Source of the DNA: an uncultured Ignavibacteriales bacterium
GTDB taxonomy: Bacteria; Zixibacteria; MSB-5A5; GN15; FEB-12
Length of the DNA stretch: 64,000 bases
Direction: 5' to 3'
Assembly (NCBI GenBank): GCA_964612145.1
Contig: CAZTBP010000006.1
Coordinates: forward strand, 47,044 to 111,043
Positions 56,462 through 64,000 of this stretch are shown one piece after another. A program made the position numbers and the translations under genes. The notes under the pieces were generated by a model. The model searched no databases. It was given only the letters and a program-made list of their open reading frames with translations, and was not told where the DNA came from. Each line of letters opens with the position of its first letter. Within the stretch, counting starts at the first letter, position 1.

Positions 56462-57496
56462 TCAGCGTTGCTCGGTCGTGCCGCCTATCGCCTGCGGCAC
56501 CTTTGCCGACAGTTTGGCCGCCAGGCCATCGATCTCAATCAACTCAAACACCCGGTCGGCCAGCGCCACATGATCGTTCACCGGAGTCAGCAAGCCATTG
56601 TCACCGTGACGGATAACCTTTGGCGCGTCACCAATATCGGTACTGATAACACACAACCCGCACGCCATCGCCTCCAGCATCGACTGTGACAACCCGTCCA
56701 TAGTTGCGTTATTGATGTAAACGTCCGCCTCTTTCATGTGTTTGGCGACGGCCGCCTGATCAACCGGCCCGGCAAAGGTCACGCCGTCGATCCGCTCCCG
56801 CTCGGTGAACTCCTCCAGCCACGGACGCAGCGGTCCGTCGCCTAAGATTATCATCTCGGCCCTTGGGTACTTCCACTTGATCAACTCAAACGCTTTGATC
56901 GCCCCTGTCAACCCGTTGCCGCGCACATGTCGCCGCGCAACGAGAATCTTCGGCTGGACAGCCTTGATCTGCCGCGCCTTGAATTTGACGGTATCTACCG
57001 ATGGCGTCCTGACTTCAGCCGTCAGACCATAACCCCGAAAGACCTTCGCCAGATAATCGCAGTTGACTGTTATCCGATCACAAATCTTCAAGAATGGAAG
57101 CATCCCGCGCCCGTAGTCCTCCAGTTCCACCTCGGCTTTGTTACTGTGATACCGCAGCGTCGTCCGAACTCCAAAGAACCGCGCAAGAGCAATCGCCGGT
57201 GCGACTTGATCGAGAAACGACATGTCCGAACGAAATGTAATAGTCACTCCGGCAAACTTCGGCAACGCCCGCATGAGCGACTGCAGCCCGGCGAAGTACT
57301 GCTTCACCCAAGTCACCATCGATTCCTTCTGCTGCCAGGCCGGTAAATACAGATCCGACGGTACCGCCACCGGGGCGCTTCGACGCGGTCGCGGAAGAGC
57401 GACCGATCGCTCCCGGCCCTGACCGGAACGCGGTCGAGGGGGGGTCAACGTCGATGCAGCCTGCTGGCCGACTATGTAGCTTTGTGTTGCTGACAT
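56462..57496 (-). CDS. GT4 glycosyltransferase
   Basis: LGDGPLR, ADVYIN...DGLSQSMLEAMACG..VISTDIG. Confidence 0.85.
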   Translation of the reverse strand: MSATQSYIVGQQAASTLTPPRPRSGQGRERSVALPRPRRSAPVAVPSDLYLPAWQQKESMVTWVKQYFAGLQSLMRALPKFAGVTITFRSDMSFLDQVAPAIALARFFGVRTTLRYHSNKAEVELEDYGRGMLPFLKICDRITVNCDYLAKVFRGYGLTAEVRTPSVDTVKFKARQIKAVQPKILVARRHVRGNGLTGAIKAFELIKWKYPRAEMIILGDGPLRPWLEEFTERERIDGVTFAGPVDQAAVAKHMKEADVYINNATMDGLSQSMLEAMACGLCVISTDIGDAPKVIRHGDNGLLTPVNDHVALADRVFELIEIDGLAAKLSAKVPQAIGGTTEQR

Positions 57497-57670
57497 AACT
57501 TTCTCGAATTAGTGAACCCTGGCGGATCAGCCCGGCTCAGTTACTATCTTGTACGCCCGACATCCGCCCTGGTTCGCCCTTTTTCACCAGATTAACCCCC
57601 TGTCGCTAAACCGCTTATGCCGTCTCTTACCGGCTCCGGCAAACAGAAACAGCCAATTCCCGGCGGTGTC

Positions 57671-57697
57671 GAAACAATTCCTTTGAAGGTCCCGTAT
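57671..57697 (+). promoter_or_regulatory. ECF-sigma-like promoter
   Basis: GAAAC-N17-CGTAT upstream of exporter operon. Confidence 0.45.
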
Positions 57698-57763
57698 TGT
57701 CCACTGTACATATGAAACGCAAATTCGACCCAAACATACTCACTGCATGGGGAGACAGATAGA

Positions 57764-58858
57764 ATGATCAAAAAAATAGTGTTTATTGCACTTGTTGCAG
57801 GTCTCGTGGGAGGAGTCCTCTTTTTCGCCATCGACGGCGCCGCCAAGAAAGAAGAAGGCCTCAAGACCGTACCCGTCGAACGCGGCGACATCATAGACAA
57901 GGCCCTGGCCATCGGTCGCATCGAACCGGAAAAAGAAATCGCCGTCAAATCCAAAATATCGGGCATTGTCAAGCGGTCCTTCGTTGACATCGGTGACAAG
58001 GTCAACGTCGGCGACCCGCTCTTTGACATCGCCCCCGACCCCACCCCCCTTGAATTCGCCGAGGCCAAACGCCAGGTCGAACTGGCCCAGGTCTCATTTG
58101 ACAACGCCAAACAGGAATACGGCCGAAGCAAGAGCCTCGCCGACAAACAGCTCATCTCCAACCAGGAATACGACCGCGAGAAAGCATCCTTCGATGAGGC
58201 CGAACTCCGCTTGAAACTCGCCAAAGAAAAACTCTCGCTCATCCAGTCCGGACAGACGACCATCGCGGACTTCGAAATCGACAACATCATCAAAGCCCCC
58301 ATCGCCGGCACCGTTCTGTCCGTGCTGGTCGAGGAGGGCGACCCGGTCGTCCCGCTGACTTCCTACCAGGAAGGCACCGAACTTATGACTATCGCCCGGA
58401 TGGACAACCTGATTTTCAAGGGCAACGTCGATGAAATCGATGTCGGAAAGCTCTCGCGCGGTATGGAGGTCGAGATTGAAATTGGCGCCCTTCCGAACGA
58501 AAAAGTCCCCGGCCGTCTGATCAAAATCTCACCCAAGGCCCACAAGCAGGAAGGCTCCACCATGTTCGAGGTCGAGATTGAAATCGACGATGTCTCGGGG
58601 GCGTTCCTGCGCGCCGGTTACAGCGCCAACGCCGACATTATCATCACCAAAAAAACCGACATCCTGCTGATCCCGGAGCGCCTCTTGACTATCGAGGACT
58701 CCACCGCCTTTGTCGAGGTGCAGGACACTATCGGCGTAGTCACCAAACGTGAAATTGAAACCGGTCTCTCCGATGGCATCCGAATCGAGATCCAGGACGG
58801 TCTTCAGGAGGGCGAACTGCTCGTTGAACGCCCGCCGCGCGAAATCACCGCTGAGTAA
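57764..58858 (+). CDS. Efflux periplasmic adaptor (MacA/YknX-like)
   Basis: N-terminal TM, VKSKISGIV, IKAPIAGTV, LRAGYSANA, GLQEGE. Confidence 0.9.
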   Translation: MIKKIVFIALVAGLVGGVLFFAIDGAAKKEEGLKTVPVERGDIIDKALAIGRIEPEKEIAVKSKISGIVKRSFVDIGDKVNVGDPLFDIAPDPTPLEFAEAKRQVELAQVSFDNAKQEYGRSKSLADKQLISNQEYDREKASFDEAELRLKLAKEKLSLIQSGQTTIADFEIDNIIKAPIAGTVLSVLVEEGDPVVPLTSYQEGTELMTIARMDNLIFKGNVDEIDVGKLSRGMEVEIEIGALPNEKVPGRLIKISPKAHKQEGSTMFEVEIEIDDVSGAFLRAGYSANADIIITKKTDILLIPERLLTIEDSTAFVEVQDTIGVVTKREIETGLSDGIRIEIQDGLQEGELLVERPPREITAE

Positions 58859-58876
58859 TCAGGAGCAGGACGACAC

Positions 58877-60115
58877 ATGGTACCGATACAGGTCTTTAAA
58901 CAGTTCTTCAACGATATCCGTCGCCAGAAGCTCCGGAGCATACTCACCATGTTCGGTATCTTCTGGGGCACCTGCTCGATCGTCCTCCTGTTCGCCTTCG
59001 GCAAAGGCATCGGCGAGGCGCAGATCAAGTCGCAGAAGGGCATGGGAGAAAATATCGCGATCGTCTGGCCCGGCATTACTTCCAAAGAATACCAGGGACT
59101 CCCCCGTGGCCGGCGAATCAGACCAACCGTCGATGACGTCCGGCTGATCAAGCAGAAAGCCCAGACGGTCCTCCGCATTTCCCCAGAGTATTCCCGATGG
59201 AACGTGAACATGAAATACGAAAAGCAGGAGACCGTTCGCAACATCGTCGGGGTCTGGCCCGAATTCGGCGAAATGCGCAACCTCATCGCGCAAATGGGTT
59301 CGCGCTTCATCAACGACTATGACATGGAAGAAAAACGCCGCGTCGTATTCATCGGCAACCTGCTTCGCGACGACCTGTTCGAACCAGGCGAGGATCCCGT
59401 CGGCAAAACCGTTCTGATAAACGGTATGCCCTTCACCGTCATCGGCGTGATGAAAGAAAAGAATCAGGACTCCTCCTATAACGGCCGCGACTCCCGCAAG
59501 GCGTTTATCCCCGCCTCGACTTTCAATACCATGTACTCCCAGCGCTACATCAACGACTTTGTCATACAGACCCATCCCCATCTCTCGATGGAACAGACCA
59601 AAGCCGAAGTCTACGAAATCCTCGGAGCCCGCTACCGCTTTGATCCATCTGACAAAGAGGCTCTCTCGATCTGGGATACCACCCGAGGCATCGCTTTCCT
59701 GAAAAATTTCTTCCTCGCTTTCCAGTCGTTTCTTGTCGGTATCGGCGTCGCCACGCTCATCACCGGAGGCATCGGCGTCACTAATATCATGAATGTTGTC
59801 CTCGAGGAGCGAACCAAAGAGATCGGGATCAAAATGGCCCTTGGCGCCCGCAAGAGCACGATCATGATGCAGTTCGTCCTGGAAACACTGTTGATCACCG
59901 GCTTTGGCGGCCTGCTCGGCTTCGCCTTCGCCGCCGGGATCGTTGCCATTGTTCCGAACTTTGGCGTCGAGGATTACATAGGAACTCCCGGCATCAACTG
60001 GTTTGGCAGCCTTATTGCCACCGGTCTGCTGGGCATAGTTGGGTTTGTCGCCGGCATTTTCCCGGCCCGACGAGCCGCCAACCTGCAACCGGTACAAGCT
60101 CTCAAACTATTCTAA
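58877..60115 (+). CDS. MacB/FtsX-family ABC permease
   Basis: LRSILTMFGIFWG, GGIGVTNIM...ERTKEIGIKMALGA, FPARRAA. Confidence 0.9.
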   Translation: MVPIQVFKQFFNDIRRQKLRSILTMFGIFWGTCSIVLLFAFGKGIGEAQIKSQKGMGENIAIVWPGITSKEYQGLPRGRRIRPTVDDVRLIKQKAQTVLRISPEYSRWNVNMKYEKQETVRNIVGVWPEFGEMRNLIAQMGSRFINDYDMEEKRRVVFIGNLLRDDLFEPGEDPVGKTVLINGMPFTVIGVMKEKNQDSSYNGRDSRKAFIPASTFNTMYSQRYINDFVIQTHPHLSMEQTKAEVYEILGARYRFDPSDKEALSIWDTTRGIAFLKNFFLAFQSFLVGIGVATLITGGIGVTNIMNVVLEERTKEIGIKMALGARKSTIMMQFVLETLLITGFGGLLGFAFAAGIVAIVPNFGVEDYIGTPGINWFGSLIATGLLGIVGFVAGIFPARRAANLQPVQALKLF

Positions 60116-60119
60116 GACG

Positions 60120-61370
60120 ATGATAAATCTCGCAACGATATACAACGTCTTCCTGCGGGACTTCCGCAAGCAGAAGAAACGCATTACCCTGACCCTCATC
60201 GCCCTCGCCTGGGGAACGATATCGATCATGCTCTTGCTGGCATTCGGCGAAGGTCTCCAGCAGCAGCTGACCAAAAACCGGGCCGGTCTCGGCGAAGGAA
60301 TCGCGATCCTCTGGGGCGGCCAGACTACCATCCCCTACAAAGGCATGGGCAAGGGTCGCCGTATTCCTCTGCACAAGGAAGACGTCAACTACCTTCGGGA
60401 ACGCGTCTCCGGCCTGCAATACATCGGCGGCGAATACCATCGCTGGGGTGTGGAGGTCCGCTACGACGACAAGATTCTCAGTGAACATATCAACGGCATC
60501 CCCCCGAATTATGAATATATGCGGGCGCACATCCCCATGATGGGCGGCCGCATGATCAACGATCTCGATATGCAGAAAAAACGCCGTGTCGTCTTCATCG
60601 GCCATGATCTCAAAGAACGCCTTTTCGGCGACGAGGACCCCATCGGAAAACAGATATTCCTGAACAGCATGCCCTTTACCGTCGTCGGCGTCAATATTGA
60701 CAAGATGCAGATGAGCTCCTATTCCGGACAGGATAGCGACAAAGCCTCGATCCCGGCCACCACCTTCGAGGCCGTCTTCGGTGACCCGTACCTCGACAAC
60801 ATCGTCTACCAGCCGGCCAACATCAAAGAAATGAAACAGGTCGAAAGACGGATATACGAAGCCATGGCCGCAAAGTATAAATTCGATCCCACCGACGAGC
60901 GGGCCTTGTCGATCTGGGACGTCGCCGAATCCGCCCGTCAGTTCAACAACATCTTGATCGGCCTGAAAATGTTCCTCGGCATAATCGGCGGCCTGACCCT
61001 GCTGATCGCCGGCGTTGGCGTGGCCAACATCATGTACGTCTCGATAAAAGAACGAACTCGTGAGATAGGCATCAAAATGGCCGTCGGCGCGCGCCGAAGC
61101 TACATCCTCGCCCAGTTTCTGATCGAGGCGTTGCTGATAACATTCTTCGGCGGCTTTGGCGGCATGTCGATCAGCTACATCCTGACCGAGGGCTTCAAGC
61201 GAATACCGCTTCAGTCCGATGTCCTCGACTTCATGGGCCGCCCGACTGTCTCAGCCGAGGTCGGTATCATCGTAATCAGTATTCTCGGCATCATGGGGCT
61301 GGCCTCCGGGTTCTTCCCCGCCCTGAAAGCCGCCTCGGTCAACCCGGTTGAATCGCTGCGGTACGAGTAA
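60120..61370 (+). CDS. MacB/FtsX-family ABC permease
   Basis: GVGVANIMYVSIKERTREIGIKMAVGA, FPALKAA; start refined to ATG 60120. Confidence 0.9.
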   Translation: MINLATIYNVFLRDFRKQKKRITLTLIALAWGTISIMLLLAFGEGLQQQLTKNRAGLGEGIAILWGGQTTIPYKGMGKGRRIPLHKEDVNYLRERVSGLQYIGGEYHRWGVEVRYDDKILSEHINGIPPNYEYMRAHIPMMGGRMINDLDMQKKRRVVFIGHDLKERLFGDEDPIGKQIFLNSMPFTVVGVNIDKMQMSSYSGQDSDKASIPATTFEAVFGDPYLDNIVYQPANIKEMKQVERRIYEAMAAKYKFDPTDERALSIWDVAESARQFNNILIGLKMFLGIIGGLTLLIAGVGVANIMYVSIKERTREIGIKMAVGARRSYILAQFLIEALLITFFGGFGGMSISYILTEGFKRIPLQSDVLDFMGRPTVSAEVGIIVISILGIMGLASGFFPALKAASVNPVESLRYE

Positions 61371-61397
61371 CAGGAGAGATAAACGGAGACTTTAGCA

Positions 61398-62093
61398 ATG
61401 ATAGAACTGCGCAACGTTGTAAAAGAGTACCGAACTGGAAAAATATCCTTCAAAGCACTCAAAGGGGTCAGCCTCAATATCGACCGGGGCGCATATCTGG
61501 CCATTGTCGGGCCCTCCGGCTCCGGCAAGTCGACCATGATGAATCTTATCGGCTGTCTCGATGTGCCTTCCGATGGCGACTATTTCCTCGACGGCAAACC
61601 GGTCCGCAAGATGACGTCCAACCAGCTCGCCGACCTCCGCAACAAGCGCATCGGGTTCGTCTTTCAGGCGTTCAACCTCCTCCCCTACGCCACCGCCTTT
61701 GAAAACGTCGAGGTCCCCCTGCTGTTCGGCAAGGTTCCCGCGAAACTGCGCCGCAAACGGATCATGGAAGTACTCTCCCAGGTTGGCCTCGCCGACAAAG
61801 CCGACAACAAACCGACTGAGATGTCCGGCGGCGAGATGCAGCGAGTCGCCATCGCCCGCGCCCTGGCCAACGAACCGGAAATCATCCTCGCCGATGAACC
61901 GACCGGCAACCTCGATACCGTCTCCGGCGGCGCGATTATTAAGTTGTTCGATGATCTCTGGAAACGGGGCAAGACCGTGATCATGATCACCCACGATATG
62001 AATATTGCCAAACGTGCTCCGCGCGTTGTGAAGATCAAGGACGGCCTGATCGAACAAGACGGCTACGTACCCGAAAGTGCCGTTGCCAAATAG
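61398..62093 (+). CDS. ABC transporter ATP-binding protein (LolD/MacB-type)
   Basis: GPSGSGKS, MSGGE, LADEPTGNLD, ITHD. Confidence 0.95.
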   Translation: MIELRNVVKEYRTGKISFKALKGVSLNIDRGAYLAIVGPSGSGKSTMMNLIGCLDVPSDGDYFLDGKPVRKMTSNQLADLRNKRIGFVFQAFNLLPYATAFENVEVPLLFGKVPAKLRRKRIMEVLSQVGLADKADNKPTEMSGGEMQRVAIARALANEPEIILADEPTGNLDTVSGGAIIKLFDDLWKRGKTVIMITHDMNIAKRAPRVVKIKDGLIEQDGYVPESAVAK

Positions 62094-62162
62094 GCCACAC
62101 ATCGAAAGCACAAAGTAAAACGGCGTTCCCAAACGCCCTGCGACGCAAGATGACGCCAATCG

Positions 62163-62191
62163 AAAAGGGGACCGGCTTTCCGGTCCCCTTT
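62163..62191. terminator. Bidirectional terminator hairpin
   Basis: AAAAGGGGACCGG-CTTT-CCGGTCCCCTTT. Confidence 0.75.
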
Positions 62192-62284
62192 CGACTGCGA
62201 AAAAGGAGGCGAACAACGCGTTGCGGATAGAGCGCTGTCAGTATCCAGCCGCACGCTGACAAGGAATCTTAGGCGTGATCCCTG

Positions 62285-62320
62285 GCAGGGAACCTTTCCC
62301 CAGCAGGGAACCTTGCCCCG
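62285..62320 (+). repeat. 18-bp tandem direct repeat (2 copies)
   Basis: GCAGGGAACCTTTCCCCA / GCAGGGAACCTTGCCCCG. Confidence 0.6.
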
Positions 62321-62356
62321 GGCCGGGATCTCGTCCCTGGCCGGAGACTGAGTCTT

Positions 62357-64000
62357 CTACTTCTCGGCCAACCCCTCCTCAAACTGCCGAGCCTTTGAAA
62401 TGAGATTTAAAAATTCGATCACCTCGGGCGAGTCATTTTCGACCGACACTTCCTTCGCCACCGCCATGACCTCATCGAGGCTGGATTCCTTCGCCCAGTG
62501 GGACTTGCGAAGAATTTCCGCAAATTCCGCCGCCGCGGCAGCCAGCTTGAGATCGGTCGAGGCCGAAGCAAACGCTGCGTTGAATACCCGGCCGTCAAAC
62601 GCCTGGCGAACTTCCGTCACTTCACCGTGGTCGGGATCTTTGTACCGGACATATACCGTGCCCATGTCAATACGGTCGCTGGTTTCGGTCGGACGATCCC
62701 AGAACTTGATCTCGTACAGCGCCGTCACCTCGTGCCCGGAACCGATCTCGCCGCCGTCCTCTTTGTCGTCGCGGAACTTGTCGTCGTCGACATCGCGGTT
62801 CTCATATCCCAGCAATCGATAACTGCGGACATAGTCCGGGTTGAAATCGACCTGGATCTTTACATCGCGCGCGATCACCTGGAGAGTCCCGGTCAGGTTG
62901 TCGACAAAAATGCGACGGGCCTCGGCAATATCATCAACATAGGCATAGAACCCATTACCCTTGTTGCCGAGCTTCTCCATCAGGACATCGTTGTAGTTGC
63001 CCATGCCGAAACCGACCGTCGTCAGCGTAATGCCGCGCTCGGCATATGATTTGATCTGCTTGAGGATATCATCCGGTCCGGTCCGGCCGACATTGGCCAC
63101 GCCGTCGGAGCAGAGAATAATCCGATTAATTTTGCCCTTTTCAAACATCCGGCCAGCCATCTCATACCCCAGCCGAAGACCTTCTTCGGCATTGGTCGCG
63201 CCATTTGGAGCCAGCCGCTCGATAGCCGAGAGAATCTCGTACCGCTGCGCAATGCCAGTCGGCGGTAGATAAACTTCACCGCGCGAACCGTACACAACGA
63301 TCCCCACCCGGTCACGCTGATCAAGCTGATCGACCAGTTCCCGCAGGGCTCGCTTCACCAGACCCAGCCGGTCCTCACGGCTCATCGACCCCGAAATATC
63401 AATCACGAAAACCAGATTTGCCGGTTTGCGATCCTCCGGCCGGACCTCCTGCCCTTTGATCCCCACCCGGAGCAACCGGGTGTTCTGGCCGAAATACGAC
63501 GGCGCCCCGTCCATGTAAATCCGAAACGCCTCATCCGACGGCGCCGGGTAGTTATAATCAAAGTGGTTCACGAACTCTTCGGTCCGGACGGCATCGTTGT
63601 TCGGCAGATGCCCGCCTTCGAGATACGACCGCGCCATTATATAAGAAGCATCATCGACATCGATAGCGAACGTCGAGAGGTGGTCATCCTCGGTATCGAC
63701 AAATGGGTTGACGCCGTGGTTCTTAAAGAACATAGCGTCGTACGGCTCCCCGTTGACAATGGCGGTGCCGCCGTGAGCGGGCGGGTACGGCGGCGCATAT
63801 GGAATAGAAAAACTCGGCTCGCCTTTTCCGACGATCGTGGCCTGATTCGATACTCCATACATTTTCAGTTGATCCTGTCTGCCTGTCACCTTGATCGGCT
63901 CTCTTAGGTCCGCAGATTTCTTCTTTAGTTGATAATCAAACTTCACCGTCGAATCCGCTTCGACCGTCACCTTACGGACCTCAATGCTCTGATACTCGAG
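62357..64000 (-). CDS. von Willebrand factor A domain protein (YfbK-like), 5' end outside window
   Basis: STFAIDVDDASY, VRTEEFVNHF, DISGSMS MIDAS, SDGVANVG, YRLLGYENR; frame open to base 64000. Confidence 0.9.
   Translation of the reverse strand, partial: LEYQSIEVRKVTVEADSTVKFDYQLKKKSADLREPIKVTGRQDQLKMYGVSNQATIVGKGEPSFSIPYAPPYPPAHGGTAIVNGEPYDAMFFKNHGVNPFVDTEDDHLSTFAIDVDDASYIMARSYLEGGHLPNNDAVRTEEFVNHFDYNYPAPSDEAFRIYMDGAPSYFGQNTRLLRVGIKGQEVRPEDRKPANLVFVIDISGSMSREDRLGLVKRALRELVDQLDQRDRVGIVVYGSRGEVYLPPTGIAQRYEILSAIERLAPNGATNAEEGLRLGYEMAGRMFEKGKINRIILCSDGVANVGRTGPDDILKQIKSYAERGITLTTVGFGMGNYNDVLMEKLGNKGNGFYAYVDDIAEARRIFVDNLTGTLQVIARDVKIQVDFNPDYVRSYRLLGYENRDVDDDKFRDDKEDGGEIGSGHEVTALYEIKFWDRPTETSDRIDMGTVYVRYKDPDHGEVTEVRQAFDGRVFNAAFASASTDLKLAAAAAEFAEILRKSHWAKESSLDEVMAVAKEVSVENDSPEVIEFLNLISKARQFEEGLAEK

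Overview
A ~60% GC (estimated by eye) window from a diderm bacterium. Dockerin, cohesin, PEP-CTERM and LPS genes suggest a Zixibacteria-like/FCB lineage (inference). It is mostly core and envelope genes: waaF, a lipid A acyltransferase, two partial MacAB-TolC-type exporter clusters, rluB-scpB-scpA-trpS, sbcC, lipA, sigma54 and HD-GYP regulators, and glycosyltransferases. The standout is a ~13-kb minus-strand module (37688-50595) encoding a phage head-assembly and DNA-packaging set: portal, intact-looking large terminase, prohead protease, scaffold-like protein, cement, HK97-type major capsid, adaptor, beta-propeller and holin-like proteins. I found no integrase, att sites, replication, repressor, tail tube/sheath/tape-measure or endolysin genes. 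The module is split by opposite-strand host-type genes (a sigma54-driven PEP-CTERM gene and a lipoprotein), includes two Sec-signal-bearing proteins, and two of its blocks share a ~50-bp upstream motif. Its protease is fused to degenerate DNA-ligase-like and LigD-phosphoesterase-like domains. Together these suggest a domesticated, GTA-like or tail-less capsid system rather than an ordinary prophage. A second theme is a non-cellulosomal dockerin/cohesin surface system: three dockerin proteins (one missed by the ORF track) and a stand-alone cohesin-like protein. No tRNA, rRNA, CRISPR or IS element was recognised. All family assignments are by motif recognition, not database search.
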